From contig CAVVXN010000001.1 in NCBI GenBank assembly GCA_963752285.1, forward strand, positions 608,001-672,000: a DNA stretch of 64,000 bases, in the 5' to 3' direction. The DNA comes from an uncultured Planctomycetota bacterium (lineage in GTDB: Bacteria; Planctomycetota; PLA2; JAEUHO01). The position numbers and the translations under genes were made by a program. Under the pieces are notes generated by a model. The model worked only from the letters and a program-made list of their open reading frames with translations. It was not told the origin of the DNA and did no database searches. This document shows, piece after piece, positions 28,848-43,006 of the stretch (position 1 is the first letter of the stretch; every line of letters starts with the position of its first letter).

Positions 28848-30818
28848 TCAGGGCACCGCGACGGGGATCGGGTCCGACCAGGGGCCGCCGGCGAAGCCGG
28901 AGTCCACGGCCTGCACGCTGATCCAGTAGACGCCCGGGCCCAGGTCGAGCCAGGCGGCGGGGAACGGCAGGCCGACCGAGATCGGACCGTGGGCCGCGAT
29001 CCGGCGCAGGCCCAACGCGTCGGACATGCTCGGGTAGTGCTGTCCCGCGAGGGGGACGTTCCCGACGCGGAGGTTGTAGGAGAGACCCGCGCTGGGCGTC
29101 TCCGCGTCGCTGGCCGGGTCCCAGGACAGGCCGATCACGCCGCCCCCCGTGTACGCGACGACGTTCGTCGGCGCGGAGGGGGGATCGTTCACCACCCCGG
29201 AGACGTTTCGGTAGACCAGGGCGACGGGCGCGTACGTGGGGGCCCCCCTCTGGCCGACGACCGCGAGGTCGAGCGCCCCGTCGCGGTCGAAGTCGCCCCA
29301 GGCGAGCGCGGCTGCGCCATCCTGACCGACGGCCGTGAGCCCCGCCCCGACGTCCGTGAACGCGCCGCCGTCGTTTCGATACACGCGCGTGACCGCGCTG
29401 TAGCTGGGCGCGCCCGTCAGGCCGGAGATCGCGATGTCCAGGTCCCCGTCGGCGTCGAGGTCTCCCCACGCCGCGGCGCACTGGCCGCCCATCGGCACCT
29501 GGCGACCGACGCCCGGGAGCCCCGCGTTCACGTCGGTGAACGCGCCGCCGTCGTTTCGGTACACGCGCGTCACCGCGTCGTAGGTGGGCGCGCCCGTGTT
29601 GCCGGCGACGAGGAGGTCGAGGTCTCCGTCCGCGTCGTAGTCGCCGAGGGAGAGCGCGGCGCCGCCGAACTGACCGACCGCGACGATTCCCGCTCCCATG
29701 TCCGCGAACGCGAAACCGCCCTGGTTCAGGTACACGCGCGTGACCGCGTTGTACGTCGGCGCGCCGAGACGCCCCGCGGCGACCACGTCGAGGTCGCCGT
29801 CGCCGTCCACGTCGCCGAGCGCGAGGGCCACGCTGCCGCCATCCGGAGAGTCGTCCCCGAGGGCGTCGAGCCCGGTCGCGCCGGCGTCCGTGAAGGTGCC
29901 GCCGTCGTTTCGGAACACGCGCGTCAAGGGCCCGTAGGTCGGAGCGCCCGTGATCCCGACCAGCACGAGGTCGAGGTCGCCGTCGCCGTCGAGGTCGCCC
30001 CACGCGAGCGCAGCGCCGCCGATCTCACCCACGCCCGGCAGGACGGCGCCGGAGTCCACGAAGGTCCCCGCGTCGTTTCGGTAGATGCGAGCGATGCCCG
30101 TGTAGGTCGGGCTTCCCGCCTTCCCGGCCACCGCGAGGTCGAGGTCGCCGTCGTCGTCGTAGTCCCCCCAGGCGAGCGCGGCTCCGCCTTCTCCCCCCAC
30201 GCCGAGGAGTCCCGCGCCGATGTCGGTGAACACGCCCGCGTCGTTCCGGTACACCCGCGTCACGGACGTGTAGGTCGGGCTCCCCGTCCGTCCGGCCAGC
30301 GCGAGGTCCAGGTCCCCGTCGCCGTCGTAGTCGCCCCACGCGACGGCGGCGTGCGACCCGAACGGCGTGATCGCGCCCACACCCTCGATCCCGGCCTGGA
30401 GGTCCACGAACACCGTGACGATCGAGAAGTCGGCGTCCGACGCGTCCGACGGGTCCAGAGCGACGCTCGGGTCGCCGTCGGCCGCGCTCACCTCGACCCG
30501 CGCGGCGACGCTCGGGAGGTCCGGCACGACGACCGTCTCCGCGCCGTCGTTGCCCGTGCCGGCGACGAGGCTCTGCCAGGTCGCGCCGCCGTCGAGCGAG
30601 AGGTCGAGGTCCACCGCCCCCGTGTACGTGCCCGGGTCCCACGTGATCGTGGCCGCGAGCCCGACGCCCCAGGTCTCGCCTCCGTTCGGCGAGAGGAGCG
30701 TCACGCTCGGCGCCTCGTCGGGGGGCATCGGGGTCTGGTCGGTCGTGCCGCCCCCTCCCCCTCCACCACAGGACGCCACGGCCAGGACCGAGCAGAGAAC
30801 GAGCACGGGACGAAGCAT
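28848..30818 (-). CDS. FG-GAP/VCBS repeat lipoprotein with FN3-like C-terminus
   Basis: Lipobox VASC + Gly linker; about 6 WGDxDxDGDLDL...VYRNDGG repeats. Confidence 0.88.
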   Translation of the reverse strand: MLRPVLVLCSVLAVASCGGGGGGGTTDQTPMPPDEAPSVTLLSPNGGETWGVGLAATITWDPGTYTGAVDLDLSLDGGATWQSLVAGTGNDGAETVVVPDLPSVAARVEVSAADGDPSVALDPSDASDADFSIVTVFVDLQAGIEGVGAITPFGSHAAVAWGDYDGDGDLDLALAGRTGSPTYTSVTRVYRNDAGVFTDIGAGLLGVGGEGGAALAWGDYDDDGDLDLAVAGKAGSPTYTGIARIYRNDAGTFVDSGAVLPGVGEIGGAALAWGDLDGDGDLDLVLVGITGAPTYGPLTRVFRNDGGTFTDAGATGLDALGDDSPDGGSVALALGDVDGDGDLDVVAAGRLGAPTYNAVTRVYLNQGGFAFADMGAGIVAVGQFGGAALSLGDYDADGDLDLLVAGNTGAPTYDAVTRVYRNDGGAFTDVNAGLPGVGRQVPMGGQCAAAWGDLDADGDLDIAISGLTGAPSYSAVTRVYRNDGGAFTDVGAGLTAVGQDGAAALAWGDFDRDGALDLAVVGQRGAPTYAPVALVYRNVSGVVNDPPSAPTNVVAYTGGGVIGLSWDPASDAETPSAGLSYNLRVGNVPLAGQHYPSMSDALGLRRIAAHGPISVGLPFPAAWLDLGPGVYWISVQAVDSGFAGGPWSDPIPVAVP

Positions 30819-30996
30819 CGGAATCCCTCCGGCCGGGATCTTCGCATCGGCCGCAGGCGTCGGGACGGGGGGACATCGGGCCCGCGCGCGGGACGCGGAC
30901 CGGGACGAGAGTCGTACCCGTGGGTCCCCCAAGGTCTCCGAAACGTGCGGCGTGGACCGCGCGTCGCACGTTCGAGCCCCCACGGCAGCGGGTCGG

Positions 30997-31290
30997 TCAG
31001 GCGTTCGGGGCGGCGGCCGGACGCAGGGCGACGACGACGGTGTCGCCCACCGCCGCCTCGGCCCGACGGAGGACGTCGTCGTCGAGGAGGAGCCAGAACC
31101 GACGCGAGCGCGCCACGACGTAGCCGTCGAAGGAGACGTCCCCGATCGAGGCCCGGACGGGATGCCCGCGCCGGCCCCGTCGGATCGACACCGCCTGGCT
31201 GCCGAACCGTTCGCCCGGGTCGAAGGGAACCTCGACCGCGGCCTCCTTGTGGCCGGCCAGGACCTCGCCCCGAAACCGTGCGGCGCGCAT
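30997..31290 (-). CDS. DUF1905-like small protein
   Basis: VEVPFD...VRASIG...AVGDTVVV. Confidence 0.65.
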   Translation of the reverse strand: MRAARFRGEVLAGHKEAAVEVPFDPGERFGSQAVSIRRGRRGHPVRASIGDVSFDGYVVARSRRFWLLLDDDVLRRAEAAVGDTVVVALRPAAAPNA

Positions 31291-31364
31291 GCCGGCGAGG
31301 GTACCGCCCCTCGTTGGCGGTGCGATCGAGATGCGGGTACGGTCGGCCGGCCCGGAGGACTCCC

Positions 31365-32906
31365 ATGCGCCGCCCCCTCTTCGTCATCCCGATCGTCACC
31401 CTCCTGCTCTCGGGATGCGGAGGGCGCGACGGCGACGCGCGGATCCGCGACGCCGACCCGGCGGTCGCCGGGCCCGCGCTCTTCCAGGAGCTCCGGCGCG
31501 CCGCCCTCGAGCCCGACGTCGCCGCCCTCTGGGCCCTCTTCACCGACGCCATGCGGCAGAAGGGGATCGTCGAGGCCACCCGTCTGACGGAAACCGTGCG
31601 CGGGAACCCCGAGGCCGCCGAGCGACTCCGGCGCGAGCTCTCCCTCGACCGCTCGCCGCTCGACGTCTCGACGGAGGAGGTCGCGCTCGCGGTCCTCGGG
31701 CAGCGCATGCGGCGCAACACCGGAGACGCGTTCGACGCCGAGGTCGGGCGCGAGTTCCTCGACGCGCGCCTCGTGGACGGCCGACTCGTGGTCCGCGCGC
31801 GCGTCGTGCCCGGCGCGCGCCGACCGCGCCCGGGCGACGTCTCCGAGCTCGTCTTCGTGCGTGAGGGGAACGGGTGGCGCTTCGACCCGGACGCGTCCGA
31901 CCGCTACCAGGCGCGCTGGGCGCGGAGCATCGTCGTGCCCCCGCCCCGCGCGGACGGCCCGCCGCGCCCGGAGTGGACCGGCGTGGCGTTCACCCCCGAC
32001 GGGTCCCGGGTGACGCTCTACGGCGCCCTCGGTGTGTACCTCGCCCCGTTCGACGGGGACGGCGAAGGGACGTACGTGGCCGCGACGAACGCGGTCGCCG
32101 TCGCGTTCGATCCCGCGGGCGCATGGCTCGTCGTCGCGTACCGCGGGTCGGCGCCGCCGCTCCCCGACGCCGCCGACCCCGATCCCTCGCCCGGGCCCGA
32201 CGGCGGGCTCGCGCTCTGGCGCCTGCCCTCGGGCGCGCCGGGACGGGTTCTCGCGAAGGACACGCCCGACGGGATCGCCGTCAGCCCCGACGGAAAGCGC
32301 GTCGCCGCGGTGACCGACCACCGGGGCCCCCACGTGGGCCTGTGGGTGTGGGACGTCGAGACGGGAACGGCGAGCCACGTTGAGGCCGCGCCGTCGGACG
32401 CGACACGGTGCGCGTTCCTCGACGACGCGCACGTCGTGGTCGAGACCGGGAAGGGCGCCGTCTCGGTCTACGACCTGGCGGGAGAGCGCATGTTCGCGCT
32501 CGACAACGCGGTGTCCGGCTCGGGGAACGCGCTGGCCGTGGACGCCAAGACGGGGCGCGTGGCCTTCGGCATGCCCGCGGCGAACGGCGGGGACCCCGAT
32601 CTCGTGGTCTTCGATCCGCGCGAGGGGAAGGAGACGCTCCGCATCCCCGGGCGCGCGAGCCGCACGATCGCCTTCTCTCCGGACGGCTCGCAGATCGCGA
32701 CGGAGCACGACATCACCGTCGAACGGTTCGACGCCACGACCGGCGCCCTCCGGCGGGTCCATCGCATCGTGACGGGGCCCTACGCCTGGCACCCGAGCGG
32801 CCGATGGATCGTTACCCTCGCGCCCTTCCGGCCGGACGACGCCGGGGGGGCGTCCGACGCGTCGCCGCCCGGCGTGACCCTCGACGTGTTCGGCGCCGAC
32901 GACTGA
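31365..32906 (+). CDS. Lipoprotein with C-terminal WD40/YVTN-like beta-propeller
   Basis: Lipobox LSGC; AFTPDG, AVSPDG, AFSPDG, AWHPSG repeats; GGAGG SD. Confidence 0.8.
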   Translation: MRRPLFVIPIVTLLLSGCGGRDGDARIRDADPAVAGPALFQELRRAALEPDVAALWALFTDAMRQKGIVEATRLTETVRGNPEAAERLRRELSLDRSPLDVSTEEVALAVLGQRMRRNTGDAFDAEVGREFLDARLVDGRLVVRARVVPGARRPRPGDVSELVFVREGNGWRFDPDASDRYQARWARSIVVPPPRADGPPRPEWTGVAFTPDGSRVTLYGALGVYLAPFDGDGEGTYVAATNAVAVAFDPAGAWLVVAYRGSAPPLPDAADPDPSPGPDGGLALWRLPSGAPGRVLAKDTPDGIAVSPDGKRVAAVTDHRGPHVGLWVWDVETGTASHVEAAPSDATRCAFLDDAHVVVETGKGAVSVYDLAGERMFALDNAVSGSGNALAVDAKTGRVAFGMPAANGGDPDLVVFDPREGKETLRIPGRASRTIAFSPDGSQIATEHDITVERFDATTGALRRVHRIVTGPYAWHPSGRWIVTLAPFRPDDAGGASDASPPGVTLDVFGADD

Positions 32907-33201
32907 GCGAGACGAAACCGACGCCGCGCGCACGGTTTCCGGCCGGTCTCGGGCCCCGCGCGGAAGGCCGTTCGTGGCCCGCCCTCGGCCGGCGGCGCCG
33001 CGCCGGCGGCCCGAGCGACGGCGAACCACGGCGCCGTCCCGCCCGTTGTTCATCCCGGAGTCCACCATCGAGTCGTCCGACGCGGCTCGGCGGCGAGTCC
33101 GGGGCCCGCCGCCCGCAGGGCGGTCCCGAGAGACGCGTCGTCCGGGCGTGGGTTGGACGCACATTGCGACGGCCTTCGGGCCTGCCGGAGAGGAGCGGTC
33201 C

Positions 33202-34791
33202 ATGCCGAGGAACCAGCGAGCGCAACACCTGGACGTCTTCGCGCCGCAGGGCGACTTCAACGACCAGCTCTACGACGCCTTGAGGCAAGCACCGTGGTGG
33301 ATGATCTCCATCGCGATCCACGTGGTCGTCTTCGTGATCGCGAGCCTGCTCATGCAGCACGCGACGGAGGACCTGGCGACGCCGCAGGTCGCGATCCGCG
33401 CCTCCGATCCTCCCCCGCAGGAGGAGCTCCCGGAGGTCGATCCGCCGACGAAGCCCGTTCACGCGACCGACATCCCGACCCCCGTGCCGGTCGTGAAGAA
33501 CCAGGATCCGGACGAACACCCGCAGTCGGACGACGACCTGCCCAACCAGGAGTCGCTCGGCCAAGAGGGCCTCTCCGACGCGCCTTACCGCGGACCGGCC
33601 GACAACGGCTCGATCGGCATCGGCGGCGGCGCCGGCGGAGCGTTTCCGGGGCGCGGCGGGAGCCAGGACAAGGGAGGCGGGGGCGGCGGGGCGCCAGCGA
33701 AGGCCGTGGTCGAGAACGCGCTGAACTGGCTCGCGGCGCACCAGTCGCCGAGCGGGGCGTGGGAAGCCGGCGGCTTCGACAAGTGGTGCGACCACAAACC
33801 GGTCTCGCAGGGGCCCGACGGCCTCGGGAAGCCCGGCATGTACGACCCGGGCGTCACGGGGCTCGCGCTCTGCGCCTTCCTCGGCGCCGGCTACACGAAC
33901 CGCGGGAACCACCACTTCTCGCACGTGGTCGCGCGCGGCCTCCAGTACCTCAAGAACGTGCAGGACCCGGAGGGGTGCTTCGGCCCCCGCCAGAGCCAGC
34001 ACTTCATCTACAACCACGCGACCGCGTCGCTCGCGATGGTCGAGGCCTACGGCATGACCGAGAGCCCCATCTTCAAGCGCTCGGCGCAGAAGGCCCTCGA
34101 CTTCATCGCGCTCGCGCGAAACCCGTACTTCGCATGGCGCTACGGCGTGAAGCCCGGCGACAACGACACCTCGTGCTCCGGCTGGATGATGATGGCGCTC
34201 AAGAGCGCGAAGCTCATCGACGCCGACGCGGCCCGGCGCGGCAAGCCGGCGCCCCTCCTGATCGACGAAGATGCGTTCGACGGCGTGCGGGCCTGGGTGG
34301 ACCAGATGACCGACCAGTACGGCCGGACCGGGTACGTGCAGCGCGGCGGGCCGCCGGCGCGGCCCCTGGGCCTGATCGACAAGTTCCCGGGCGACAAGTC
34401 CGAGTCGATGACGGGCGTCGGCATGCTGGCGCGCATCTTCACCGGCGAGGACCCGCGCAAGAGCGAGGTGATCAGGAAGGGCGCCGAGATCTGCTCCAAG
34501 CTGCTCCCGACCTGGAACCCGAACGACGGCAGCATCGACATGTACTACTGGTACTACGCGACCCTCGCGATGTACCAGGTCGGCGGCGCGCAGTGGGACG
34601 CGTGGAACAAGGCGCTCAAGCCCGCGGTCATCGACAGCCAGCGCCAAGACACGGACTACTGCATGTACAAGGGCTCGTGGGACCCGATCGGCCCCTGGGG
34701 CCCGGACGGCGGCCGCGTGTACTCGACGGCGCTCCTCTCGATGTGCCTCGAGGTCTACTACCGCTACGACCGCGTCTTCGGCACGAAGTAG
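33202..34791 (+). CDS. Prenyltransferase/squalene-oxidase repeat protein (membrane anchored)
   Basis: WWMISIAIH TM; ALNWLAAHQ..GAW, GLQYLKNVQ, DTSCSGW, YYWYYAT, GGRVYSTAL. Confidence 0.85.
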   Translation: MPRNQRAQHLDVFAPQGDFNDQLYDALRQAPWWMISIAIHVVVFVIASLLMQHATEDLATPQVAIRASDPPPQEELPEVDPPTKPVHATDIPTPVPVVKNQDPDEHPQSDDDLPNQESLGQEGLSDAPYRGPADNGSIGIGGGAGGAFPGRGGSQDKGGGGGGAPAKAVVENALNWLAAHQSPSGAWEAGGFDKWCDHKPVSQGPDGLGKPGMYDPGVTGLALCAFLGAGYTNRGNHHFSHVVARGLQYLKNVQDPEGCFGPRQSQHFIYNHATASLAMVEAYGMTESPIFKRSAQKALDFIALARNPYFAWRYGVKPGDNDTSCSGWMMMALKSAKLIDADAARRGKPAPLLIDEDAFDGVRAWVDQMTDQYGRTGYVQRGGPPARPLGLIDKFPGDKSESMTGVGMLARIFTGEDPRKSEVIRKGAEICSKLLPTWNPNDGSIDMYYWYYATLAMYQVGGAQWDAWNKALKPAVIDSQRQDTDYCMYKGSWDPIGPWGPDGGRVYSTALLSMCLEVYYRYDRVFGTK

Positions 34792-34816
34792 CCCCCTCGG
34801 CGTCGAACGACCGACC

Positions 34817-34856
34817 GCGCCGTCCCGGCGCGCCCGCGCGGCGCCCGGGACGGCGC
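34817..34856 (+). terminator. GC hairpin downstream of prenyltransferase-repeat gene
   Basis: GCGCCGTCCCGG...CCGGGACGGCGC 12-bp stem. Confidence 0.5.
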
Positions 34857-35036
34857 CTCCGTTTCCCGGCCGCTCACGCTTCGACCCGGATCCGGCATCC
34901 CGACGGGTTCGGCGAGGCCCCGGTCGCGTCCGTTCCCGCGAGCGGGAGACGGCCCCGGCCGTCCGGCGCGATGCCGAGGATCCGGCCCGAGCCCGCGAGC
35001 GCGAACACGGGGCCCCGAGGGAGCGGGTCTCGAACG

Positions 35037-35594
35037 TCGGGTGGGTCCGCGCGGTCCAAATCCGACCGGCGGTCGGGATTGCCGGACGTCCGGCGCGGGA
35101 CCGTCTTTACACAAGGGCCCGGACGGACGGGCGCGGTGCCGGCGCGCAGATCGGTGGGGACCCGCGCGGTCCAAATCCGACCGGCGGTCGGGATTGCCGG
35201 ACGTCCGGCGCGGGACCGTCTTTACACAAGGGCCCGGACGGGCGGGCCCGGGGTCGGCGCGCGGATCGGTGGGGACCCGCGCGGTCCAAACCCGACCGGC
35301 GGTCGGGATTGCCGGACGTCCGGCGCGGGCCCGTCTTTACACAAGGGCCCGGACGGACGGGCGCGGGGCCGGCGCGCAGATCGGTGGGGACCCGCGCGGT
35401 CCAAATCCGACCGGCGGTCGGGATTGCCGGACGTCCGGCGCGGGCCCGTCTTTACACAAGGGCCCGGACGGACGGGCCCGGAGCCGGCGCGCGGATCGGT
35501 GGGGACCCGCGCGGTCCAAACCCGACCGGCGGTCGGGATTGCCGGACGTCCGGCGCGGGCCCGTCTTTACACAAGGGCCCGGACGGACGGGCCC
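35037..35594. repeat. Tandem array of about 4.8 x 115-bp structured units
   Basis: CTTTACACAAGGGCCCGGACG recurs at 35105, 35220, 35335, 35450, 35565; units near-identical. Confidence 0.97.
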
Positions 35595-35654
35595 GTGGCC
35601 TCCGGGCCGCCAGCGGGTCGATCGCCGAGACGGGTGTCCCGTAGACTCCGCGTC

Positions 35655-40291
<4,637 letters not shown>

Positions 40292-40363
40292 CCCGCGCCG
40301 CTCGATCCCCGCGCGCGCCGAGGCCTTTGGTCCAAAGACGAGTGGCCTCGACCCGAACGAGGG

Positions 40364-40411
40364 TGTCGGTTCCGGTAATTCTGGCACCACCCTTTCCGGA
40401 AATTCTGCCCA
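40364..40411. mobile_element. Orphan IS21-family-like terminal end
   Basis: Begins TGTC; internal direct repeats TTCCGGTAATTCTG / TTCCGGAAATTCTG 24 bp apart; no istA/istB nearby. Confidence 0.5.
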
Positions 40412-40580
40412 GGGGGTAGGTGCGGGGGGGCCGGCCGACGGCCCCGCGTGACGACGCCCCCTCGTCGGGTATCACTTCCCCGGGAACGGATGGGGCCCGG
40501 GCTCCGCAGGTCGCTCGCGATTGGCGTGCGACGTCGGGCGCCTGGTCCCACCGCAGGCGGGTCCGGACGAGAGGAGCACC

Positions 40581-41171
40581 ATGCGCGTGATCACGAGCGA
40601 GTTCATCGCTCTCGACGGAGTGGTCCAGGCCCCCGGCGGTCCCGAGGAGGACACGAGCGGGGGCTTCCGTCACGGCGGCTGGTCGCGGCCGTTCTTCGAT
40701 CCCCAGGTGATGGGGCCGATCTTCGGCGAGGTCGCGGAACGAAGCGAAGCGTTGCTCCAAGGTCGGCGCACGTATCAGGTGTCGTCCCAGGCGTGGCCCG
40801 AGCGCGGGGGGGACCCCTTCGCCGACTGGATCAACCGGGCCCAGAAGTACGTCGTCTCGAACACGCTCTCGGACGCGGACCTCACCTGGCGCCCGACCAC
40901 GATCATCCGAGGCGACGACCTCATCCGGAAGGTCTCCGCCCTGCGCAGCGAGCCGGGCGGAGACATCTTCGTCTACGGCAGTCTGACGGTGGTGCGGGCG
41001 TTGCTGTCGGCCAAGTTGATCGACGAGCTGATCCTGGTGATCGAGCCGATCACCCTCGGCGGCGGCAAGACGCTCTTCCCGACCGACGGTGAGGCGCGGA
41101 CCTTCGAGCTGGTCTCGGCCCAGACGGCCGCCACCGGCGCTCAGGTCTGCCGCTACCGGCCTTCGCGCTAG
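40581..41171 (+). CDS. Dihydrofolate reductase / RibD C-terminal domain protein
   Basis: LDGVVQAPGGPEED, LQGRRTY, KYVVSNTL, VYGS, IDEL, GGGKTLF. Confidence 0.9.
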   Translation: MRVITSEFIALDGVVQAPGGPEEDTSGGFRHGGWSRPFFDPQVMGPIFGEVAERSEALLQGRRTYQVSSQAWPERGGDPFADWINRAQKYVVSNTLSDADLTWRPTTIIRGDDLIRKVSALRSEPGGDIFVYGSLTVVRALLSAKLIDELILVIEPITLGGGKTLFPTDGEARTFELVSAQTAATGAQVCRYRPSR

Positions 41172-41469
41172 CCCGCGTCGTCGCCGGCCGCCGCCCGCGG
41201 CGGCGCCGCCGGCGCCGACGACCCACGCATCGCGGTCCCACGCTGGGTCCGCGCCGGAACGGCTGGCCCTCCCACCGCGGGAGAGCGCGCCGTACCTCGA
41301 CCTGCGGACACCGCCCGCACGTGCCTACCGCTGGGAGTCACGCTCCCTGCAGGCAATCCCGTTGCAGCATCGTGCGACGCGATGCAGCGCTCTGCGCCGT
41401 CGTGCGTTGCGTCGTCGCGAGCGCCAGCCTGGCATGACCTCCTGAGGTGATCATCGGTACGCAGGTCGG

Positions 41470-42324
41470 CTACGGCGCGCGCGTGAGCAGATCCGCCGCT
41501 TCGTGGCGCACGCTCTCCTCGGGATCGTGGCTCGAGAGATTCTGGACGCGCTCTCGCAGACGTGCGGTCAACTGTCCAATGTCACTCAGAGCTCGCAATC
41601 CAGCAAGGCGTGTGTACACGGACTCGCTGCCCAGCACTTCGAGCCACGCACTCTCCGCACGCAGGGCAGGCTTCCCGATGTGCGCCAAGATTCTGAGAGC
41701 GTCCATGCGGGCCTGGCCATCGGACCTCTGCGCGAGCATCGCCACAGGCTGCACCGCGGCCGATCCCATCGCGCTGAGGGCCGCTTGGGCGGTCCAATCC
41801 CGCTGTCTGCGCACTGCCCCGTCAAGGAGTCGAGTGTCAATCCCCCCTTGCGCGACAAGCCTCACCAAGACCGGGATGGCGGCTGCGCCGGCCGGACCCA
41901 ACCCCTTCAGGGCCCCGGCGGCAGCCTTCTTGGTCGCGATCCCGACGGAGTCCGACTCGAGGAGTTCGACCAGTCGGGGAACGACCGTTCGCTCCGGCTT
42001 GGCGACGAGGGAGAGCGACCTGCCGGCGGCTACACTCCGGCTGGCGTCCCCAAGGGCCTGGATCAGGAGTGGAATCGTGCGAGGGGCCCGTCGAGCGAGC
42101 TCATCGACCGCAGGTTGGCGAGCGCCATACGTGCTTGCACTCAGATTGTGGATCAGCTCCTCATCGCTGGCGTACTCCCCCTGAGGCGACCTGTCCCGCT
42201 GGACTCCTACACAGGGTGAGTCGGCACAATGGGTAGACAGCGGCGTCTTGGAGCCCACGCATGCCAGCGGGAGTAGGCAGAGGACGAGCACGAGCCGCGG
42301 ACCACTTCTCGACGCCATCGTCAT
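41470..42324 (-). CDS. HEAT-repeat protein, likely exported/lipoprotein
   Basis: LVLVLCLLPLAC N-terminus; IPLLIQAL, VPRLVELL, AAGALKGLG, VRHEAADLL repeats. Confidence 0.75.
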   Translation of the reverse strand: MTMASRSGPRLVLVLCLLPLACVGSKTPLSTHCADSPCVGVQRDRSPQGEYASDEELIHNLSASTYGARQPAVDELARRAPRTIPLLIQALGDASRSVAAGRSLSLVAKPERTVVPRLVELLESDSVGIATKKAAAGALKGLGPAGAAAIPVLVRLVAQGGIDTRLLDGAVRRQRDWTAQAALSAMGSAAVQPVAMLAQRSDGQARMDALRILAHIGKPALRAESAWLEVLGSESVYTRLAGLRALSDIGQLTARLRERVQNLSSHDPEESVRHEAADLLTRAP

Positions 42325-42372
42325 GCCCGTAGCCTCGCTCGGTTCAGGCCCCCTTTCAACGGTCGTGGTGGC

Positions 42373-42669
42373 GAGGGTGCTCACGCGCCCCGCCTCGACA
42401 TCCTCCTCCAGGCGCTTGAGTGCGGGCCGGTCGGCCGTGGCCCCCGAGAGCCCCGCGTCGTCGTAGCGGTCGGGCAGCGCCCGCCACCCACGCGCGCGCT
42501 GGCTTAGGACGTATGCCTCCGCGGCCTCGCGTTGGGCGTCGAGCGAGGAGAACTCCTCCTTTGCGTCCGTGAAGGACTGGCGCGTGTAGAGGGCGCAGCG
42601 CAGCCCGGCCGACGGAATCTGCCTGATCCGGGTCGCCTGGACCCCTCGGCCCGGGAGGCCTCGGTCCAC
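42373..42669 (-). pseudogene. Serine recombinase catalytic N-terminal fragment
   Basis: RCALYTRQS...SLDAQREAAEAY...YDDAGLSGATADRPALKRL; truncated at GRV, in frame with HEAT gene. Confidence 0.8.
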
Positions 42670-42676
42670 TTGCTGG

Positions 42677-42705
42677 TTGACAAGTCTATCACGATGAGAT
42701 AGACA
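42677..42705 (+). promoter_or_regulatory. Sigma70-like promoter overlapped by inverted-repeat operator
   Basis: TTGACA at 42677, 17-bp spacer, weak -10 TAGACA; GTCTATC-N7-GATAGAC palindrome. Confidence 0.6.
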
Positions 42706-42733
42706 AGGTCCATGGGCCCGAAGGAACCCGGCC

Positions 42734-43006
42734 TTGCTCTACGAGCGATCATTCGCCATCGAGAAGCGGCTCCAGGACGTCCTGGATCTGGTGAGGACGG
42801 GCCGGTACTCCACGCCCGCAATCGCCGACAAGCTCGGCGTCTCCGTGCCCACAGTCTCTCGTGATGTGACTGCGCTCCGCGAACGTGGCCACAACATCCG
42901 CGCAGAGCGCCGCGCTGGTTCATGGCGCTTCGTGCTCAGCGGCAACGGGCCTGCGCAGCCGAGGACGCGTTCATCGACCCTTGCTCGAGAGGCAGCGACC
43001 GCATGA
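42734..43006 (+). CDS. Small HTH (HTH_11-like) regulator
   Basis: IADKLGVSVPTVSRDVTALRERG; TTG start; stop overlaps ATPase ATG. Confidence 0.8.
   Translation: MLYERSFAIEKRLQDVLDLVRTGRYSTPAIADKLGVSVPTVSRDVTALRERGHNIRAERRAGSWRFVLSGNGPAQPRTRSSTLAREAATA

Noticed and set aside
35037..35594. CRISPR array
   Set aside because: Units are 115 bp and near-identical with no unique spacers; no cas genes in the window
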